Made by a program: the position numbers and the translations under genes. This document shows positions 26,847-32,000 of a DNA stretch of 32,000 nt, one piece after another; positions within the stretch are counted from its first letter, which is position 1, and each line of letters starts with the position of its first letter. The stretch lies in assembly GCA_003194425.1 (NCBI GenBank), contig PQXB01000001.1, forward strand, positions 760,444 through 792,443, written 5' to 3'. Source of the stretch: Candidatus Methanophagaceae archaeon (lineage in GTDB: Archaea > Halobacteriota > Syntropharchaeia > Alkanophagales > Methanospirareceae). A model generated the notes under the pieces. The model ran no database searches. It was not told the DNA's origin and saw nothing but the letters and a program-made list of their open reading frames with translations.

Positions 26847-27353
26847 TTATTTCACCTCGATCTTCTTCACCTCTTCCCCCTCCTTCGTCTTCGGCAACTC
26901 TACCTTGAGCACGCCGTTCTCGAAACTCGCTTTCACCTTCTCCTTGTCCACCTCCGTCGGCAGCGGAACAGACCGGTAGAACCTCGTGTAACTCCGCTCT
27001 CGCCTGATGTAGCCCGCTTCCTCGTCCTTCTCTTCCTTCTCCTTCTTCTTCTCAGCGCTGATTTCGAGCGTGTCGCCGCGGATGTTTATCGAGATTTCGC
27101 CCTTCTCAACGCCCGGCAAATCCGCAGCCACGACGATTTCCCCTTTTTTGTCCTTTATGTCCACGTACGGTGTCGCTGTCTCTCCAACTGCGAGCTCCTC
27201 GCCAGCACCAGCACCACCAGCTTCTGGCAATGCCCACGCCCGCCTGTCCCCCCAAAAGAAGGGTGCTGTCTCCCGAAACGCCTTTTCCATCCACTCTTCC
27301 ATCCTTCTCAACTCTTCAAGATCCCACACATTGTGCCTTCTTCGCCAAACCAT
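26847..27353 (-). CDS. Hsp20/alpha-crystallin small heat-shock protein
   Basis: The ACD core is PYVDIKDKKGEIVVAADLPGVEKGEISINIRGDTLEISAEKK...YTRFYRSVPLPTEVDKEKVKASFENGVLKVELPK. Confidence 0.92.
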   Translation of the reverse strand: MVWRRRHNVWDLEELRRMEEWMEKAFRETAPFFWGDRRAWALPEAGGAGAGEELAVGETATPYVDIKDKKGEIVVAADLPGVEKGEISINIRGDTLEISAEKKKEKEEKDEEAGYIRRERSYTRFYRSVPLPTEVDKEKVKASFENGVLKVELPKTKEGEEVKKIEVK

Positions 27354-27380
27354 TTCTCTTTTCTCCTTTCCTTTTTATTG

Positions 27381-27428
27381 ATTTTCAATTTATTTCAATT
27401 TAATATACTATTTTAAATATTAAATAAA
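27381..27428. promoter_or_regulatory. AT-rich divergent promoter region between hsp20 and atwA, with TATA-like boxes and a 10-bp tandem repeat
   Basis: TTTCAATTTA x2 at 27383-27402. TATATTAAAT (minus strand) sits about 50 nt upstream of the hsp20 ATG. TTTTAAATATTAAATAAA lies at 27411-27428. Confidence 0.35.
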
Positions 27429-27552
27429 CATTTCCTCCCGCTACGCTAACGAAAATTTCGAAAAGTTTTTAAATGCGGTTTTTTTTCTAAAAACAGGGTA
27501 AAAGAGGAAGAGAAGGGGTGAAGGAAGAGGAAAAAGAAAGAAGGGGCGAAGG

Positions 27553-27630
27553 AAGAGGAAAGAGGAAAAAAATGGATGGAGTGGGGGAAACAAGAGGAAA
27601 GAGGAAAAAAATGGATGGAGAGGGGGAGAC
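27553..27630. repeat. 39-bp tandem duplication x2 containing the purine-rich RBS and ATG of atwA
   Basis: AAGAGGAAAGAGGAAAAAAATGGATGGAG(T/A)GGGGGA(A/G)AC. Copies at 27553-27591 and 27592-27630 have 2 mismatches. Confidence 0.95.
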
Positions 27631-29212
27631 ATTTGTGGAAATTCGGAATGTTAGTAAGGCGTTTGAGGGTAAAGTGGTCTTAAAGGATGTGAGCTTGAAG
27701 GTAAAGGAGAAGGAGCCGTTGGGCTTGCTCGGGAAGAGCGGTTCAGGGAAGTCTGTCCTGCTCCGAATGCTTCGCGGCACTGACGAGTACGCACCTGACA
27801 GTGGCGAGATAATTTTCAGGCTCGCGTACTGCCCTAGGTGTAGTTGGCTGGAGGGACCGAGCAAGGTAGGGGAGAAGTGTCACAAGTGCGGTGCGGAGTT
27901 CGAGTTTAGGGAAGTGAATTATTGGAAGGACCAGAAAATGAAGCGGCTGCTGAAGAGTGCGATCGCAATTATGCTGCAGCGCAGTTTCGCGCTCTACAGC
28001 GACGAGGGCGTGATTTGGAATGTTTTAGAGGCGTTGGAGCGAGCGAAATATCCGAAGAGCAAGCAGCTGAAAAAAGTCTATGAAATTCTGGAGTCTGTGA
28101 AAATGCTACACCGCGTAAATATGCCAGACACGAGGGATTTGAGCGGTGGCGAGAAACAGCGAATGGTTCTGGCACGGCAGTTGGCGTTGGCGCCGGTTCT
28201 GCTCCTTGCTGACGAGCCGACGGGAACTTTGGACCACGAGACTGCGAAGGTGGTGCACCGCGCACTAATTGACACCACACGAGGCGGGACGACTTTCCTC
28301 GTTACTTCGCACTGGCCGTACGTGATTCGCGAGTTGGCGGAGAAGGTGGCGTGGCTTGATAAGGGCGAAATCGTCGAGTACGGCGAGGCGGACAAAGTAG
28401 TAACCGAGTTTGAGAAGGAGGTGGGAGAGATTGAGCGAGAGGACTACAAGAAGTTCGGCGACCCTAAGATACGAATTGAGGGGCTGAAGAAGTACTACCT
28501 CTCGGCCTCGCGGGGCGTTGTAAAGGCGGTGGACGATGTCTCGCTCACGATAAATGAGAACGAGATTTTTGGGGTCGTGGGGCACAGCGGTGCTGGGAAG
28601 ACGAGTTTGATGAAGATTGTAAGTCATTTAGAGTCGGGAACAGGCGGTTCCGCGTGGGTGCGGATCGGAGACAGGTGGTACGAGTCGTCAAAAGCGGACG
28701 CAGGGACTTTCGTGAAAGACGGCGTAATTCAGGGCGGCACGACCGAGTGGAGATCGCATTTCGTCGGCGTGCTGCACCAGGAATACACGCTGATTCCGAA
28801 ACTCACGACCTGGGAGAACCTCACGCACGGGATCGGTCTGAATATGCCCGAGGACTTGGCGAAGATGAAAGTGAAGTTCGTGCTTGAAGGCGTGGGGTTC
28901 AGCGACGAGGAGATAAAGGAGATTCTGCCGAAGACGCACCAAGAACTGAGCGTTGGCGAGAAGCAGCGGATTCTCATCGCACAGCTGCTGATGAAAGAGC
29001 CTAATATCGCGGTGCTCGACGAGCCGACGGGGACGATGGACCCGGTAACAAAGAAATATGTCGGCGAGACGATAATTAAGGCGCGAGAGAATTTGGGCAT
29101 TACTTTCGTGATCGTCACGCACGACCTTGACTTCGCGGAGAAGGTCTGCGACCGAGTAGCAAAGATGGAGAACGGCAAAGTAACTGAGATTGAGGATTTG
29201 AGAGTAGGGTAA
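27572..29212 (+). CDS. atwA: Methyl-coenzyme M reductase system component A2 (double ABC ATPase)
   Basis: Two ABC cassettes: GKSGSGKS...LSGGEKQRMVLARQL...LLLADEPTGTLD and GHSGAGKT...LSVGEKQRILIAQLL...AVLDEPTGTMD. A Zn-ribbon insert CPRCSW...CHKCG lies in cassette 1, typical of A2. The start is ambiguous: GTG 27518, ATG 27572, or ATG 27611. ATG 27611 is the duplicated copy and gives MDGEGETFVEIRNVSKAF. Confidence 0.85.
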   Translation: MDGVGETRGKRKKMDGEGETFVEIRNVSKAFEGKVVLKDVSLKVKEKEPLGLLGKSGSGKSVLLRMLRGTDEYAPDSGEIIFRLAYCPRCSWLEGPSKVGEKCHKCGAEFEFREVNYWKDQKMKRLLKSAIAIMLQRSFALYSDEGVIWNVLEALERAKYPKSKQLKKVYEILESVKMLHRVNMPDTRDLSGGEKQRMVLARQLALAPVLLLADEPTGTLDHETAKVVHRALIDTTRGGTTFLVTSHWPYVIRELAEKVAWLDKGEIVEYGEADKVVTEFEKEVGEIEREDYKKFGDPKIRIEGLKKYYLSASRGVVKAVDDVSLTINENEIFGVVGHSGAGKTSLMKIVSHLESGTGGSAWVRIGDRWYESSKADAGTFVKDGVIQGGTTEWRSHFVGVLHQEYTLIPKLTTWENLTHGIGLNMPEDLAKMKVKFVLEGVGFSDEEIKEILPKTHQELSVGEKQRILIAQLLMKEPNIAVLDEPTGTMDPVTKKYVGETIIKARENLGITFVIVTHDLDFAEKVCDRVAKMENGKVTEIEDLRVG

Positions 29213-29255
29213 GATTTGAGAGAAGGGTAAGGGGAGAAGATTTGGAGTAGGGTAA
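29195..29255. repeat. Three copies of the atwA 3' end including its TAA (GATTTGAGAGTAGGGTAA / GATTTGAGAGAAGGGTAA / GATTTGGAGTAGGGTAA)
   Basis: Copies at 29195-29212, 29213-29230 and 29239-29255, read directly. Confidence 0.92.
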
Positions 29256-29309
29256 GGAGAAAAGAAAGGGGAGAAGAGAGGAGAAGAGAAAAAGAGGGGG
29301 TGTTTACGG

Positions 29310-30977
29310 CTACCCTTTCTCTTTCACATAAATTACATCCCCCTCTTTCAGCCTGCCGAGAAAAGACAAGGTTGCAGGGGAGAGGTCAGAGAACGAGAGG
29401 ACGATGTTGGCACCGTTGAAAGTCTCGCCGGTGGGTCCGTATTCCTCGCTGTCGGTCAGTCTAATTCCCATCATCCCTCGGTTCGCTCTTGACATATTTG
29501 TAACTCCCAGAATTCCCTTTTTGACCCCTCCCCCTTTCCCCCCCTCTCCTGCCTCTGCCAAGTTCTCAGGCACAAGTGTCCCTGCTTCCTCCGCACTGCC
29601 GTAAAATAGCACCATCACTCCTGGAAGAGTGAAATAGACCTTTAAAATCCCTATCGGTCTGTTAATCAGACCCGTAATCTTTTTAAAGTACCACACGGTC
29701 TTGGGTGCCTCCTTGTGAAACAACTCAACCTCAAAGACCCCGCTGGCGTCAACGCCGACTGTCCTTACTTCCCCAAGTTCTGCAATTTCCATCGTCAGTG
29801 CGGGCTTCAAATCCACAACCACCGCGTCGTCCGCCACATTTCCCTCTCGAACCTGCCCGATGTTTTCGCGCTCAAAAAACGCTTCCGCCTCCTTCTGCGT
29901 CTTTCCCACAACCATCATCCAACGCGGCTCGGTCACTGTGTAAATCGTGTCGCCTGCCCGAGCGTAGTCCAGCAATTCCCAGCCCTGCACCGCCTCGCCA
30001 AAAACATTGTGCGACGGGTGTGGCAGCCTGCTCTCCTTGTACGCAAAGACCTTCCCCTTCTCTGTCCCCGCGTTCCGCACCGACAGGTAATTCTTTGACC
30101 TGTAGTGAATATTTTCGGCGGGCAGGCTAAGCCCTTTCAAGGCGTCCGAAGCAAAATAAGTGTGCGAGAGGTCGTCTGCGTGAAAAAGCCCGTCTCTCGT
30201 GAGCGAGAGGAAATGCTCGCTTGACATCGGCGCTTCTCGGAACAGCCGCACCTTTGCGAAGGTGAAAATTTCCTGCCCCTCTTTTATCTCGGTCTCCAAG
30301 TCAGAGGTGGCGAACCCCGCCCGCTCCGCCTTCGTTACAATCGGAGTTATTTCCACAATTCTGTCGCCCTCCTGCAGCCCAGAAATAATGCTTCGCCCCC
30401 TCGTCAGCCGTCCAATCACGGCGTCGGGACCGGTCCCGTAGGCAGCCTCGTGCTCCCGCTTGCTCACCATTAAGTAGGTCTTGCTGGGGTCAAACCCGCC
30501 GAAGCCGAAGAAAACATCCCATTTTTTGTATTTCTGCTCGCCCCGCTGCACGCTCAGATTCGTCTTTATCGGTCCGATCGCAGTTACATTCTCGGTCTTC
30601 CAACTTACCTCTCCACTGCCCTCTCCGCTGCCCTCTCCACTGCCCTCTCTACTGCCCTCTCTACTGCCCTCTCCGCCACTCCCGCCCCCGCGGAAGTTCT
30701 TGTAATTCTCGTAAAATGCCTTTATTCCTGCTCCTGCCCCTTCTCCTTCTGCTTGGACGATTTTTATCCTTGCCTCTCTGCCTGCGCCTCTGCCTCTGCT
30801 TCTGCCTGCGGTCTTCACTGCGAATTCGTGTTTTAACTCAACGCTCTCTTTTTCTGAAGTAACGGCTACTGCACAGCCCTGCTTGTAGCCCTCTTTGTAA
30901 GCACCGAGTTCTGCGATAATCTCGCCCAACCTTCTACCTCGGACCTCCCGTGTCTCTCCGTTGAACTTGATTTTCAT
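29310..30977 (-). CDS. Probable methanogenesis marker protein 3 (UPF0288-like), with G/S/E-rich inserts
   Basis: 555 aa with a beta-grasp-like N-terminus MKIKFNGETREV. The size and its position beside atwA fit my recollection of marker 3. No motif was recognised with certainty. Confidence 0.45.
   Translation of the reverse strand: MKIKFNGETREVRGRRLGEIIAELGAYKEGYKQGCAVAVTSEKESVELKHEFAVKTAGRSRGRGAGREARIKIVQAEGEGAGAGIKAFYENYKNFRGGGSGGEGSREGSREGSGEGSGEGSGEVSWKTENVTAIGPIKTNLSVQRGEQKYKKWDVFFGFGGFDPSKTYLMVSKREHEAAYGTGPDAVIGRLTRGRSIISGLQEGDRIVEITPIVTKAERAGFATSDLETEIKEGQEIFTFAKVRLFREAPMSSEHFLSLTRDGLFHADDLSHTYFASDALKGLSLPAENIHYRSKNYLSVRNAGTEKGKVFAYKESRLPHPSHNVFGEAVQGWELLDYARAGDTIYTVTEPRWMMVVGKTQKEAEAFFERENIGQVREGNVADDAVVVDLKPALTMEIAELGEVRTVGVDASGVFEVELFHKEAPKTVWYFKKITGLINRPIGILKVYFTLPGVMVLFYGSAEEAGTLVPENLAEAGEGGKGGGVKKGILGVTNMSRANRGMMGIRLTDSEEYGPTGETFNGANIVLSFSDLSPATLSFLGRLKEGDVIYVKEKG
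30609..30680. repeat. In-frame 12-bp tandem repeat x6 (CTCTCCACTGCC variants; encodes GSGE/GSRE units)
   Basis: Six contiguous units read directly, encoding GGEGSREGSREGSGEGSGEGSGE. Confidence 0.95.
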
Positions 30978-31087
30978 AACAATTTCTTTTGGTGCGGGGT
31001 CTTTTTAAAGTTTTTCGTTTTTGTCTAAATAATGCTTTGAAGGTAAGGGCTTTAGAGAGTAAGTAAGTACGAGGGGTGTGAGTGGCG

Positions 31088-31145
31088 GGGGAGAAGGAGA
31101 AAGGTAGGGGAGAAGGAGAATGGCAGGGGAGAAGGAGAAGGGGTA
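31088..31145. repeat. Intergenic 19-20 bp tandem repeat x3 (GGGGAGAAGGAGAA-NGG-NA) upstream of thyX
   Basis: Copies at 31088-31106, 31107-31125 and 31126-31145, followed by GGGTAAGTTGC/GGGTAAGTGC. Confidence 0.9.
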
Positions 31146-31248
31146 AGTTGCGGGTAAGTGCAGGAGAGGAGAGCTTTACAGGCGAGAAGTTGAGGATTTT
31201 GTTAAGGCTGTAGCGGGTCTGAAAACGGAAGCAGCGGTTTAAAAAGAA

Positions 31249-31947
31249 ATGAAAGTGAAACTGCTCAGGGTAACGGAAGACGGGGTAGATTTGGTGGCGG
31301 AAACGGCGAAGGTAAGCGGTAGTCTGTCGGAGCAGAGTGCGGAAGAGATTCTCGGGCTAATTACGGAGAACGACTACTCGTCGGTTCTTGAGCACATTTC
31401 TTTCACCTTTGACATTTCGGAAATTAGCGTAGCGTTGAGCCGGGAACTGCTGGAGCACCGTGTAGGAGTGTCGCACACAGCGAGGAGCACGCGGTACAAC
31501 GAAGAGGAGGGCTTCGGCTACTTCGTGCCTGACGAGTTGAGCAAGAAGCAGAACTTTAACGCAAATCTGGCTTTTACGGCTGCGATGAGAAATGCAAAAG
31601 AGAGTTACAAAAAGTTGCGGAGGCTCGGCGTTGCGAGGGAGCAGGCGAGGTACGTTCTGCCGTTGGCTCTGCACACGCACTACGTGGTGACGATGAACGC
31701 TCGGAGCCTGATAAACTTTTTTATGCTTCGGCTCTGCGTTCGGGCGGCGCCAGAGATGCAAGCACTTGCAAAACGGCTGCACGAAATTTGTGTAGCAGAG
31801 TATCCAGATATTTTTTCGCGGGTCGGGTGCCGTGGGGTCTCTTGGGGTGTCTGCCCGGAGAACGAGGTCAGACCCGCGGGGTGCCCGTTCAAGGAGTGCG
31901 TGCCGACGAAGAGCGAGGTGAAGGCGAAAATGAAAAACCAAAAATAA
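31249..31947 (+). CDS. thyX: FAD-dependent thymidylate synthase
   Basis: EHISFTFDISEISVALSRELLEHRVGVSHTARSTRY carries the ThyX RHRxxSxxxxSxR-type motif. LPLALHTHYVVTMNARSLINFFMLR is also present. 232 aa. Confidence 0.88.
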   Translation: MKVKLLRVTEDGVDLVAETAKVSGSLSEQSAEEILGLITENDYSSVLEHISFTFDISEISVALSRELLEHRVGVSHTARSTRYNEEEGFGYFVPDELSKKQNFNANLAFTAAMRNAKESYKKLRRLGVAREQARYVLPLALHTHYVVTMNARSLINFFMLRLCVRAAPEMQALAKRLHEICVAEYPDIFSRVGCRGVSWGVCPENEVRPAGCPFKECVPTKSEVKAKMKNQK

Positions 31948-32000
31948 TTTAGAGCAAATGAACGCCACAAATCCTCAACTTCACGCAATTGGAAAATTCC

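Noticed and set aside
27451-27470. Near-palindrome GAAAATTTCGAAAAGTTTTT between hsp20 and atwA as a heat-shock operator.
   Set aside because: The symmetry is imperfect and the sequence is AT-rich. It does not match any operator consensus I can recall with confidence.
30609-31145. Possibility that the short direct repeats (12 bp x6, 19 bp x3) are CRISPR arrays.
   Set aside because: The units are contiguous with no unique spacers, far shorter than CRISPR repeats, and one set is an in-frame part of a CDS. No cas genes are present.
31088-31145. G-quadruplex potential of four GGGG tracts.
   Set aside because: The tracts are separated by about 15-nt loops, too long for a stable canonical G4. The tandem-duplication explanation is sufficient.

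Overview
This is an archaeal chromosomal window of about 33 genes. Archaeal markers are G1P dehydrogenase EgsA, RNA polymerase subunits K and N, ribosomal proteins L18e/L13/S9/S2, and a thermosome-family chaperonin. Methane-metabolism markers (MCR component A2 atwA and a likely methanogenesis marker 3) point to a methanogen or ANME-like euryarchaeote; the lineage cannot be fixed from this window. Housekeeping genes dominate: coaBC, tRNA-Ala, tRNA-Pro, cobT, a NifU-like scaffold, pheS, hisB, a UPF0179 protein, a Memo-like protein, a bacterial-type NAD-dependent ligA, hemD, hsp20 and thyX. The accessory part lies at 1-8.8 kb. It holds two ABC systems, a Yip1 / COG1361-like surface protein / MacB-type ATPase operon, and a 3.4 kb low-GC cassette on the opposite strand. 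That cassette carries an antitoxin, a broken RelE-like toxin, an 817-aa secreted QW-repeat protein and a Zn-ribbon protein, and it appears to split the ATPase from its FtsX permease. The most unusual signal is not a gene. Short tandem duplications of 6-39 bp occur throughout the window. Inside conserved proteins they form in-frame G/E/K/R-rich inserts. At least seven genes carry copies spanning the stop codon, one spans the RBS and start of atwA, and a 16-bp copy frameshifts the toxin. No CRISPR array, rRNA gene, transposase or integrase was seen. All calls rest on reading the sequence and recalling family motifs; no searches were run.
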